Positions 24,990 through 36,995 of a stretch of 64,000 nt of DNA are shown here, piece after piece. Position 1 is the first letter of the stretch, and each line of letters begins with the position of its first letter. Made by a program: the position numbers and the translations under genes. This DNA is from Eledone cirrhosa. Its lineage: Eukaryota. The stretch lies in contig CAXHJY010001136.1 in assembly GCA_964016885.1 (NCBI GenBank), positions 7,827 through 71,826 of the forward strand, read 5' to 3'. Below the pieces are notes generated by a model that was not told the DNA's origin, made no database searches, and worked only from the letters and a program-made list of their open reading frames with translations.

Positions 24990-25840
24990 TCTATATATCT
25001 AAAACAGAGAATGTCTGTCTGTCTGTCCCCCTAAAACTCGAGAACCACCCAACCGACTTTTTTCAGACTTTACACATGTAATACTTATGGTCGTGTGAGT
25101 ATTTTGAGCAAATATTTCAAATTTTCAATGCCCTAGGGACCGCATTAGGCGAAGAACCGCAATATTTTAGGCTTTAAAGGCTTTTTTTTAGGCATAACGG
25201 AACAATAATCCAGGTGATTTCTTCAAATTTTGCATTACTTATGTCGTTTAAAGTATTTTGAGCAAAAAAGATTTTCTCATTTTTTGCCCCAGGGACCGCA
25301 TTAGGTGAAAAACCGATTTTTAAAAGCATTTTGGTTGCGTTAGTGCCTGTAACTCGAGAAGTACCCAATCGATTTTTTTTTTATTTTGCATAAGCATTAC
25401 TTATGTTTCACAAATTTTCTTGACTGAAAAAGATTTCAAATTTATGCCCGGGGACCGCATTGTTTAGCATTTTGGTTGCATTAAGGCCTGTAACCTTAAA
25501 AGAATCCAACTAAATTCCTTCATGCTCTCCACCACTGCAGTCCCACATGCTTACTGCTCTGTAACTATTGCTTTCATTGTACCATAGCACAACAAATACA
25601 TGTTCGGTTTGTCGAATGCCTTTTTACTTAACCCTATCGTCTTGGCTTTCGTGGGTTGAACATTTTACTCTCAGGCACCCAACTAAGTTAAACACCTGGT
25701 AATCTACGACGAATTGTTTTTATAAGCACAAAATGTAGACACCATCCTGAGGCCGAGGTATTCCGTACTTCTCTGTACTGTTTCAGAAAGGAGGGATAAA
25801 CATGCCAATCTATGTTTAGAATCCCGAGCCATTCTGCTAG
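24990..25840 (+). mobile_element. Non-autonomous Helitron
   Basis: 5' TCTATATATCTAAAA..(TGTC)n, 3' CCGAGCCATTCTGCTAG|T and internal GGGACCGCATT subrepeats. Related to 42430-43508. Confidence 0.75.
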
Positions 25841-26132
25841 TATATAGATAAAAGTGGTTGAATAGCTCGTTTCTTTTGTTGTTGTTTTTCTACATTTTGT
25901 CGGAAAATATTCCGTCGGAAACGCATCCTATAAGGGGAAAATAGGCTTCGCGCTGCGTTACGGAAAGATTTTTAGATACGTAAGAGATACTTGTAGCAGG
26001 GCGATAAAATATAAGAAAGCCTCAACTGTAAGCCAATATTGCCTGTTTGAATTTTAATGTTTAATTCGTTAACTCTTCAACAGTCGGGCTGCTTTCTGTT
26101 CCCGTTCATAAACAGGAGTAAGAAGCGCGAGA

Positions 26133-26182
<50 letters not shown>

Positions 26183-26532
26183 ACTGCTCAGAGATACTAA
26201 ATGTTTATCTACGTGACTAACACCCCTATGCAGTTCATGGTAGGGTGCTACTTCCTAAATGAAGTGTTTTTCCTTAATGCGGAAGTTCACAGCATCCGTG
26301 TTCACCGAAACCTGTATTTTCTTACTATTTATTAGGTATTGAAATCAGTGTTGTGATACTATCATGTCTGGTGATGTCTTATAAAAGTGTTCTACTATTC
26401 TGAGGTGTAACTGTCGTTTCCTATATCTTATGTGTTTTAGCATTCAAATCAACATTGGTTTTTATACAAGCGGATCGCTGTTTTGTGATTTGTTCTTTGG
26501 TCTGAGACAACAACTAACGGCTTAAGTATTAA

Positions 26533-26689
26533 CCTGTTGACTGCCGCGTATATTTTACACAGTTGCTGTGCCGGGCTTTTTTTTTTTAGTAAAACGAAGT
26601 TATGAACTGTTGGAAACGAGTTATCTCGTCCGTGTCACTGGAATGCATACATGTTAGGATGTGTTATCTCGTCTACAGCACTGAAGAGG
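26533..26689. mobile_element. piggyBac-like MITE
   Basis: TTAA on both sides, CC...GG termini with imperfect TIRs, internal GTTATCTCGTC repeats. Confidence 0.55.
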
Positions 26690-26819
26690 TTAAAACTTAA
26701 AACAGTAATAAATCTTTCAGTCGAAACATATTTCTGTTATTTTATTATCGTGTGTTATTGTTGTCCCCTGTTCACACCAACACTAGGGAGGTTTTCATGT
26801 CTTTAGTACAACTGGAGAG

Positions 26820-27065
26820 ATTTCCTCCATTCTTTGTTTGGCCAGTTTTCTACAGCTGGATACCCTTTCTAATAGAATCAACGTTACAAAGTGTACTGGG
26901 TGTGTTTTATCACGGAATCAACACTAAAGAGGTTGTCGTGCCCTTGACACAGAAAAAGAGTCATCTCGGCATTCTTTTGGTTTGTTTCTACAGCTGGTTG
27001 ACTTTCCTATCACCAACCACTTTACAGTGAGTACTGGGTAGATTTTTCGTGGCACCAGTACGAGA
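26820..27065 (-). mobile_element. Two degenerate SINE/RTE-related fragments (Ceph-domain-like)
   Basis: TTTCTACAGCTGG....TTTC... occurs twice and resembles the reverse complement of the recalled GGAAGGGCATCCAGCCGTA motif. Confidence 0.4.
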
Positions 27066-27711
27066 AAGATCACTTTTATCACCATCCAGCGCAGTACACC
27101 AACATTGATTACAAGCCTAATAAATAGTAAGAAAATGCAGGTCTTGGGGAACAGCGATGCTACAAACTTCCGGATTGCGGAGGTACACTTCATTTAGGAA
27201 GTAACACCCTGCCACGAACTGTGAAAGGATGTTACTCAAATAGATATACATATTTACAATATTTGAGTAGCAAAGGTACTCCCGCGCTTCCTATTGAAGG
27301 ATGATATGTTACAAGTGAGTCATGTTGGGGGGGGGGGGGGCGTTGGAATGAGAGAAGCAGGGAGAGTGCTAGGCATGATATCATGGGGGTGGAGGGCGGA
27401 TAACAGTTCATTGCGGCAACCATGTCTATGAACAGAAAGCAAGTGCTATTGACAATTGAACCGAAAAAGTAGAGATTGAAGAGAATCTAGATCAGGGCGA
27501 AAAGTCATCAAAGATTGTAAAAGAACATCATAGTTAAACTCATTAAAAATTCTGTAAACTTGATTGTCTTTTTAAATCAGTTATCCGAACAAAATATTCA
27601 ACACTCGTCTCTATTGGATAATCAAAGTCTAACTGTATTGTACTATTTCTTTTTTTTTTTTTTCATTAATGGCGTGTAAACTAAACGAAAATATTACGTT
27701 TGTAAATGTTC

Positions 27712-28262
27712 GCTAGAAGTGAGAACGGCACTAGACCAGTTCTTCAATGCGAAACACAAAGGTTGTGTTATCAGAAGTAGAAACAAAGGAGCGAAAGCTG
27801 TTAGCTGGACCCGAGTGGCAGAGGCGAAAAGTGGCAATAAATCCACAATTCGGTCTTTGAAAGACCAAGATGGACATGTGCTACTTGAATCCAGACAGAT
27901 GTGCACAGCTTTCCAACAGCACTTGGAACAACTGTTCGGGTAGAGCGGTTTGTCGGACGAGGTGACGGACTTCAGTCCCTACCTTGACGGCCTACCACGA
28001 CTCTCGAACACAGATGCAGAGAGCTGCGAGAGACTGATCACAGCCGCTGAAATACAAGACGCCTTAGGCCACTGTGGGAAACGTAAATCATCCGGTCTAG
28101 ATGGTCTACCTTATGAGTTTTACATAGGCATGCCAGGCTTGTTCTCTGGCGTCCCCGAAGAGGTCTACTGCAACTGGCAGCAGAACGGGAGGATTCCCAT
28201 TTCTGTAAACCGAGGCGTAGTAACGCTGATCAGGAATGACTAGAATAAAGGGGACAACATAA
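27712..28262 (+). mobile_element. Tx1/L1-clade LINE ORF2 fragment
   Basis: KGCVIRSR and ITAAEIQDAL..KSSGLDGLPYEFY..RGVVTLI (linker and start of RT). Confidence 0.8.
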
Positions 28263-28280
28263 GCAATCCCCCCTCTCTCC

Positions 28281-28352
<72 letters not shown>

Positions 28353-29151
28353 TATATATATGTATATGAGTGTGTGTATGTGTTTGTATGTATGTGTGTA
28401 AGTATGTATGTTTGTGTATATGTGTGTATCTGTTAGACACGCAGTGACTAACAACAGAATGTTTTAAGTCTGCGTAAAAATTCAAGGGGTTTCGCTGGCC
28501 GTGGTGATCCCTGCCAAACATCTTTTGTAATGTATCGTCTTATTGGCTAATTTCATTGTCTTATTGGTTAATCAACCAATGAGAGTTATTGTTACTCAAA
28601 AGCATCCGCCACTTTGTTTGCACGTTTATTTATCGTTTCGCTTTCGAATCTTCCTCCTGTATTTCGTCGTTTACCATCAAAATATTTTTCTCGTTTTGGT
28701 AAGTTATATTGTTAATTTATATATGATTTTTAAAATTTATATTACCTATTTTTTTCAGTTCGTTATAACATGCTTGTAATATTGGTTGTATCATATTTAC
28801 TTGTATATTTGTCCATATTATTGTTCGTTTTATGTTAGATTATTTTATTATTATTATGTTAGATTATTTTTTATTATTATGTTAGACTATTTGTATGTAA
28901 TATTTAATTTTTATTAATTCAACTATAACAATTATTATGTAAAATATATTATTTAATATTGATTGTTTTTTGTAGTTGTTTATATTAAAAGTCTGAAAAT
29001 ATTTTTATACATCTTACAATAATATTTATAAGATCATTTATAAAATAACAATTGTATCATCTAATTACATTACAACGATAATTTGTTATTAATATATATC
29101 ATGTTTAACTAGAGTTTAACATTACAAGCGTTGCCTTAAAAAAATATTAAA

Positions 29152-29597
29152 CTAGACCTGAAAAATGCGCAAGCTCAAAAGAGCCACAGAATGTTATAAT
29201 AAACCTTCAAAAGTTTGGGACTAGAGTTGTTGCTCAAAAATATTGTAATCATTATCTATCGTACACTCTGTGGCATCCTTTTATAAAAAAGAGACTCATA
29301 ACGAACTCAAGACGACACGATAATTATTTAAGTGAATTTCTAATATAGAATTCGGTTTAAGTGCATTTCGTATTAATCATTACTAAACATCTAATATAAG
29401 ATATTCAACATTAGCTTAAATAATTATCGTGTCGTCTTGAGTTCGTTATGAGTCTCTTTTTTAAAAAAAGGATGCCACAGAGTGTACGATAGATAATGAT
29501 TACAATATTTTTGAGCAACAACTCTAGTCCCACACTTTTGAAGGTTTATTATAACATTCTGTGGCTCTTTTGAGCTTGCACATTTTTCAGGTCTAGT
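29152..29597. repeat. Near-perfect fold-back, ~181-bp arms, ~82-bp spacer
   Basis: 29152-29332 is the reverse complement of 29415-29597 with very few mismatches. Confidence 0.95.
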
Positions 29598-29666
29598 ATA
29601 TATATGTGTAAAGCGAAGAATTGTCTAATAGTTACAGTTTTAAAAGTTTACGTTTATAAAATGACC

Positions 29667-29729
<63 letters not shown>

Positions 29730-30063
29730 CAAATTCATGATGACGCCGATCATGGTGACAGCAGCGGCGGCGGCTGCGGTAGTGGTGGTGGTGGTAGTGC
29801 TATCACGGCTGCTGCTGATGATGATGATAAGTTTGTTGTTTGAAATGAAATGTCAGTAGAGATCGTTTAGTGCTTTGGAAATGTTAATTTGATTAATCTC
29901 CTTGTGGGCAGTGGAGTAGCAGAAATGTTAGAACGAATGACGTCTTGAATGTATTGCGGCATTTAGTTACGTCTCTGAACCCGCTGGAATACCAACCAAA
30001 TAAAATCTTATGAAATACAGAACGATCCTCTGAGTAACGTGGTCCTGGATATATTTTAGAAAA

Positions 30064-31440
30064 GGGCTTGTTCGATTAGGGCTAACGTAGAGTTAAAAAT
30101 ATCAATCTGGTTTCTAATTACAAAATATGTTATATAATTTGCTAACTGATATTTCGCTAGTAAAATGGGAAAAGGTTAAAACTATAGAACTGAGAAAAGG
30201 ATGGGTAGTGGTCTGGCTAGCTTACTGGCTGGATGGGTGGCTAGCTGGGTGGATGGTTAGCTGTCTGGCTGAATGATTAACTGGCTGACTGGGTGACTAA
30301 TTGGTTGGCTGGCTGGATGGGTAGCTGGCTAGTTGACTGGATGGTTGGTTGGCTGGCTGGCTGGCTGGGTGGATGGTTAGCAGGCTAGTTGACTGGATGG
30401 CTGGTTGGTTGGTTGGCTGGGTGGGTGGGTGGGTAGATGGTTAGCAGGCTAGTTGACTGGATGGCTGGTTGGTTGGTTGGCTGGGTGAGTAGATGGATAG
30501 CTGGCTAGTTGACTGGATGGCTGGTTGGTTGGGTGGGTGGGTGGATAGCTGGCTAGTTGACTGGATGGCTGGTTGGTTGGTTGGTTGGGTAGGTGGATGG
30601 GTGGGTGGGTGGATAGCTGGCTAGTTGACTGGATGGCTGGTTGGTTGGCTGGCTGGGTAGGTAGATGGATAGCTGGCTAGTTGACTGGATGGCTGGTTGG
30701 TTGGGTGGGTAGATGGATAGCTGGCTAGTTGACTGGATGGCTGGTTGGTTGGCTGGCTGGGTAGGTAGATGGATAGCTGGCTGGATGGTTAGATGGTTAG
30801 CAGGCTGGATAGTTAGCTATATGGCTAACTGACTGGTTAGCTGGATGGATGGATGGTTAGATGACTAGCTAGCTAGGACTATGGATAGACTGGTGCATCA
30901 TCCTTTAAAAAGAGCTTTGATCACTGGCTTGTTCGATTAGGTCCTGACGTAGAGTTAAATATCAATCTGGTTTCTAATTATAAAATATATTATATAATTT
31001 GCTAACGGATCTTCGCTAGTAAAATGGGAAAAGGTTAAAACTATAGAACTGAGAAAAGGATGTGTAGTGGTCTGGCTAGCTTACTGGCTGGATGGTTGGC
31101 TAGCTGGGTGGATGGTTAGATGTCTAGCTGGTTAACTGGCTGACTGGTTGGCTGGTTTACTGGTTGGTTAAATGGCTGACTAGCTAGCTAACTGGCTGGT
31201 TAACTAGCTGACTGGTTAGTTGGCTGGCTGGCTAACTGGCTGGTTAACTGGTCGGCTGGTTGACTGGCTGGGTGGATGGTTGGCTGACTAGATGGGTGGA
31301 TGGTTTGCTGGCTGGTTTACTGGCTGACTAGTTGGCTGGCAGGATGGTTAACAGGCTGGTTAGCTGGGTGGACGGTTAGCTGGCTGGCTGGCTGGTTGGA
31401 TGGGTTCTTAACTGGCTGACTGACTGACTGGGTGGCTAGC
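30064..31440. repeat. ~860-bp-period duplication with (TGGH)n-derived minisatellite
   Basis: 30064-30260 is repeated at 30926-31120, each followed by TGGC/TGGA/TGGT arrays. Confidence 0.9.
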
Positions 31441-32123
31441 TAAGGATGTAGCTATAGTTTTGGTTTGTTAACCGAGCTGGTGCAAGATCAGTAGCGTTTA
31501 GGCCATCCTTCAAATACTTGAAATAGCAGTCAAATCTTTCTTAACCAAATATGACCTTCCTTTCTTAAAATGTATGTATGTATGTATGTATGTATGTATG
31601 TATGTATGTATGTATGTATGGCCATCCAAAATCACCGGGAGAGATGACCTCTTAGCCTTTGTCAAGGCAGAATTCTAGGAGAAGGAAAACTCTGATATAA
31701 CACCTGCAACCCTGATGGTATCCAATGATGTTAACTTGTTCTTCTTTTTGGTAAATATCATCTTGGTTAAGAGAGTGGGACTGGCTTTGTGCAGTGCCTT
31801 TGCTCACTATAAAAGCTTCACGGCACAGGCATTGCTTTATATCTGGAGATCTCTCTGCACTTGTCGTCACATGGTACCATGGGCCCAGCACTATGTGTCA
31901 ATAATTGTCACAGGTGTAGTGTTTGTACCAGAGTTTTCAAGTCGCTGGCTGGATTAAAAAGTCACACTCGTTCAGCGCATCGGTAGGGGTTCCCCTACAT
32001 GGATATAAAGTAGTGGCCGTACTCGAAAACGAGTTGGCAGCCACCACCATGTATGTATGTATGTATGTATGTATGTATGTATGTATGTATGTATGTATGT
32101 ATGTATGTACGTATGTATGTATG

Positions 32124-32935
32124 TTCTTCTGGTTTTATAATTTCACAAAGTTTTACCAATAGAGAGAGAGTCGGTTTCTAACATAGACACAAGACTCTCT
32201 CATTGGAATTTACACAACATCAACTAGGTAGATATGTATGTATGCATGCATGTGTAGATATGGATGTTATTGTATGTGTGGATGTGTGGATGTGTATGTT
32301 TTGAGTTGTATCTGTGCATGTGTATATGCTTTGCATCTGTACATGTGTATATGCAGTTATTAGATGCAAAACTTTTGGAATGTTTTACATATTTTTACTG
32401 TTCTATTAATGGATTGTACTTGTAGTTTCCTAACTAGTTGTGTTCTTTCTGTTCCTGTGAAGCCTAGCTTCTCAAGATTTGTATTGAGGCAGTTACTAAC
32501 ATATCCCAGTGCCCCAATAATCACAGGCATATATCTGAAGGTGTAATCAGTGTGGAGTATCTGCAGATTTCTCATCAGTTCTGCATAAATATTCTCCTTT
32601 TCACTAATCTTTGATATTATATTGGCATCTGCTGGGCAGCTAATTTCCACTACTGTGCATGTTTTCTTCTCCCTGTCCCATATCATAATATCTGGTCTGT
32701 TATGCCTGAATTTTATTGGGGTTTTTACTGGAACATTCCACCAGTACTCTTTCATATTATGTACATGGATGTCTTCCACATTGTTGTAGCTTTTAATGTG
32801 TTTATTATCGGGGCTATCTTTTTTACGAACTGCATTGTACAGTGTTTTGGCCACTACATCATGCCTCATAGGTAGATAGTACCGCGATGATATCTTTGGA
32901 CAGCTGCTGATGACATGGGTGATATCCTCGATGTT
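32124..32935 (-). mobile_element. 5'-truncated R4/Dong-like LINE (REL endonuclease plus 3' UTR)
   Basis: HVISSC..RHD, RPDIMIWD..VVEISCPAD..EKENIY (PD-(D/E)xK). Flanked by (ATGT)n. Confidence 0.85.
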
Positions 32936-33070
32936 ATGTATGTATTTATGTATATATGTATGTATGTTTTTATGTATGTATGTTTGTATGTATGTATGTT
33001 TGTATGTATGTATGTATGTATGTATGCATGTATGTATGTATGTATGTATGTATGTATGTATGTATGTATG

Positions 33071-36000
33071 TTCTTCTGGTTTTATAATTTCACAAAGTTT
33101 TGCCAATAGAGAGAGAGAGAGTCGGTTTCTAACATAGACACAAGACTCTCTCATTGGAATTTACACAACATCAACTAGGTAGATATATATGCATGTATGC
33201 ATGCATGCATGTGTAGGTATGGATGTTATTGTATGTGTGGATGTGTATGCTTTGAGTTGTATGTGTGCGTGTGTATATGCTTTGTATCTGTACATGTGTA
33301 TATGCAGTTATTAGATCCAAAATTTTTGGAATGTTTTACATATTTTTACTGTTCCATTAATGGATTGTACTTGTAATTTCCTAACTAGTTGTGTTCTTTC
33401 TGTTCCTGTGAAGCTCAGCTTCTGAAGATTTGTATTGAGGCAGTTACTAACATATCCCAGTGCCCCAATAATCACAGGCATAAATCTGAAGGTTGGAGTA
33501 TCTGCAGATTTCTCATCAGTTCTGCATAAATATTTTCCTTTTCGCTAATCTTTGATATTATATTGGCATCTGCTGAGCAGCTAACTTCCACTACTGTGCA
33601 TGCCTTCTTTTCCCTGTCCCATATCATAATATCTGGTCTGTTATGCCTGCACTTTATTGGTTTTTACTGGAACATTCCACCAGTACTCTTTCATATTATG
33701 TACATGGATGTCTTCCACATAGCTGTAGCTTTTAATGTGTATATTATCGGGGCTATCATTTCGGGGCTATCATGGCTCATAGGTAGATAGTACCGCGATG
33801 ACATCTTTGGACAGCTGCTTATGACATGGGTGACATGATGTTAATTCTGCAGAGTCTGCACTTGTTATCACATCTAGGTGTTTTGCCTGCATCCCTATTT
33901 CTTTTGTGAATCAGGTATTTCGTGTTGATTTCCTGTTCTTGGATTGCAAAAGCATATCCTTCAAAGTGGGAGACAATATAACGGTTGTTGGTCCAAGATA
34001 GACTACTTTCTTTATCTATATTACTCTCACTCTGGAGCTTCCTGGCAACATATCCATGCATGATTTTTTGCTGATAAGCATGCAGTTTTTCATCCATGGA
34101 TTCACTGCGATACTGCTGAGCGACTTCCCTGTGTGTGAGTTTTTGATTATCACACAGGGAATATCTTTCGAAGAGTTCCTTCCCAACTCTCATGATCTTA
34201 TCTGTTTCATGCAGATAGACTTGCTCGAGAGATGGGCTCCTACGCTTCGAGGTTCGTAGATGTCGGAGGGATATGATGCGACATTCAAATGCTGTCTGGA
34301 CTGATGTTAGGCCTCTGCTTCCCTGCTTACGTTTCAAGTAAAGGCGGTCTATGTCACTGTTGATGTGGAAGTTTCCGGTGTTGTTTAGTATTTTTCGAGT
34401 TCTAACATCAATTGCTCGGATTTCGTCTATCGTCCAATTGAGTATTCCAAACGTTGGTGTTAGGACAGATACAGCAGACACATTGTGAGCCACTGTGTTG
34501 TTATGCGCAGAGAGTTCCGATGACCATATCTTTCTTAATCAGGTGTAGTATTCCCTGGTTACGCGTTTCTTATTACAGATCCCATTATAGGATATGTTCT
34601 CATCTATCCCCAGGTATCTGTAGCAGTCCTCATCAGATATCGGTGAAAGAGTTAGACCATTGATGACAATGTTGCTAGATTGGGTTGTTGTTTTTCCCCG
34701 CTTTACAGTCATATATGAGCATTTATCTTGGCCAAACTCCATTCCTATATCCTTTGAGAACGTTGTAACCAGGTCAAGATTTTCTTCATCCCATCCATGT
34801 TCTTGGCATAGAGTTTCAGATCATCCACAAAGAAATTATGGGTTAGGTTCCTATTTCTGTCCTCCTGTGAGCCAATGACGTATCCTTTACATTTCTTTAC
34901 AAGGGGTTTAAAGACAGGATAAATAATATCACAGAAAGACTGTCTCCCTGAAATATACCCCTGCGATATTTTATTTTATCAGTGAAAATAGTGTCCTCCT
35001 TCTCTGTCTTTAACTTTAGGATAGTAAGTAGCCCAAGAAGAAGACAGCCTCTCTATGGCCCTGATAATAATGTCTGAGACTTTAGCAAGTCGGGGGGCTT
35101 CTATCATCCATGAGTGGGGAACAGAATCGAAAGCTTTCCTGTAGTCCAGCCAGACTGTAGCCATATTCCTCCTAAGTTGTTGCACCTCCGACATCGCAGT
35201 TTTGTTGATTAGGAGTTGTTCAGCACATCCCCAAATCCCTTTCTTTCCAGCTGCTTGTTCATCTGTGATGATGTTATTATTTTCACAGTGATCTTGGGGG
35301 AATAGGTTCAGGCAGGCTGTATACATCGTATACATCAGTTTCTGGCATGCAATGGGTCGGTAGTTTTTTGCCAAGTGGGTGTCTTTTCTCTTGGGGACCA
35401 GTAATGTTTGTGCTAATGTCAACCATTCTGGTATAAGTGTATCTGCCCTAAGAACTTGTTAGTAGAGGTCGGTAAGATAGAATATCATTTTTTTGTACCA
35501 GTAGCCGACAAACAATTCCTGGTGTTGGCTTATCTTGGAGTTTTCCTATCACAGTCTCAAGGGTACCCTCACTTATTTCGTATGTTTTTGTTGTAGTGTA
35601 GGAGCAATAGTTCTTTCGGATTTCTTTTAGCCACACTGCATCTTGGTTTAAATTCTTCTTTTCACCCCATATTTTTCTCCAAAATGAATCAATGTCTCTC
35701 TGGGATGGGATCTCAGTGACACTTATTATTTTGCCCTTCATATCTCTATAGACTGATGTTTGGTTTCGTCGGAATCTTTTATTAAGCACTTTTATTTCAT
35801 CTACCTTCTTCAGGTATCGGCGTTTTTCGCTGACAGCTCTCAATTCTTGTTTCAGGGTGATCAGTTTATATTGAAGAGTTCTGGTTCTACTGTTACCAAA
35901 CATCATCTCTATTTTATTTTTCGATAGTGTTTTCCCCAGCATTCGAGGTAGACTTAGATGGTACACGTGGTGTCAAAATTCTTACAGGCATAGTTGTTAC

Positions 36001-36626
36001 AGGCATAGTTGTTTCAAGGCACTGTTCGACCTGGCTACTAGCATGGCGACTTGTAGCACGTGTTGTTGATTCCATGTTTGTTGCTGGGGACTTACAATTA
36101 ATAATATTTATCTTATTTTTACGTTTAACAAACGTCGCTTGTTGGCGTAATTGTTTCGCTGTGAAGTGATTTAGCTCTGGGTGTATTTCGTCCCAGTGCA
36201 GCTTCATTCTGTTCATATAGCCAATGGAGGGATTGTTTTTTGCCATTTTATAACAATTAAATAAATCATTATTAAGTTCGCAACTCCAAGAGAAATGCGA
36301 TTTATAATTTCGGTTTCTTCTGTAACTACAACTGAATAAATTTTGTTTACCTTTCTCGTTTTTCTTCGGTATTCCACTAATGTTGTTGTTGTTGATGTTG
36401 TGTTCAGACATACTGTTTGTAGCAAATCCTTGTAAAATGAATTATATATTTAGTCGGATATCTCTACGAATTCGAATAAAAGGTGTCTTCAGTGGATATA
36501 GTTAGAAGAGTACCCAGTTATTCAACATGACTGGTAATTGTGGCATTACTGTCGGAGATAGTATTCATCTTAAATTTAATGGATAGTCTCCCACACCAAA
36601 ATATGCGACTGATCGCGTTGACTGAC
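33071..36626 (-). mobile_element. Near full-length, frameshifted R4/Dong-like LINE
   Basis: N-terminal W..ELN..L..CY..GY..RM..W motif, RT motifs NYRPIAC, WLDYRKAFDSVPHSW, IFQGDSLS, FVDDLKL and MEFGQDKC, then CRLC zinc finger and REL. Flanked by (ATGT)n. Confidence 0.9.
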
Positions 36627-36940
36627 TATGTATGTATGTATGTATGTATGTATGTATGTATGTATGTATGTATGTATGTATGTATGTATGCATGCATGTA
36701 TGTATGTACGTATGAACGTATGTATGTATGTATGTATATATACATGTATGTATGTGTGTGCGGAAGAATGTATGTTAGTATGTATGCATGCCTATATGAT
36801 TGTACATATTCATGTATGTATGTTCGCATGCATGTCTGTATGTATGTATATATGTATGCATACATCCATATATCCATGCTTATGTATTTTCTTGCATGTA
36901 TGTATGAGTTTATGAATGGATAGATTGAAAAATGAATGGG

Positions 36941-36994
<54 letters not shown>

Positions 36995-36995
<1 letters not shown>

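Larger units (their letters stand above)
26178..27276. mobile_element. Old TIR element with ~120-bp diverged inverted ends and TA flanks
   Basis: 26178-26297 versus 27155-27276 (CCTTTACTGCTCA / TGAGTAGCAAAGG and CTTCCTAAATGAAGTG / CACTTCATTTAGGAAG). Confidence 0.6.

Noticed and set aside
29157-29190. CTGAAAA..GCGCAAGC..CAAAA as a hammerhead
   Set aside because: Core G residues are absent in both arms, and there is no stem I or III.
29604-29859. Poly-Asp/poly-Met ORFs
   Set aside because: A (GAT)n trinucleotide repeat.
32360-33154. 264-aa ORF as an intact gene
   Set aside because: A chimeric read-through of the LINE 3' UTR, (CATA)n and the truncated REL domain.
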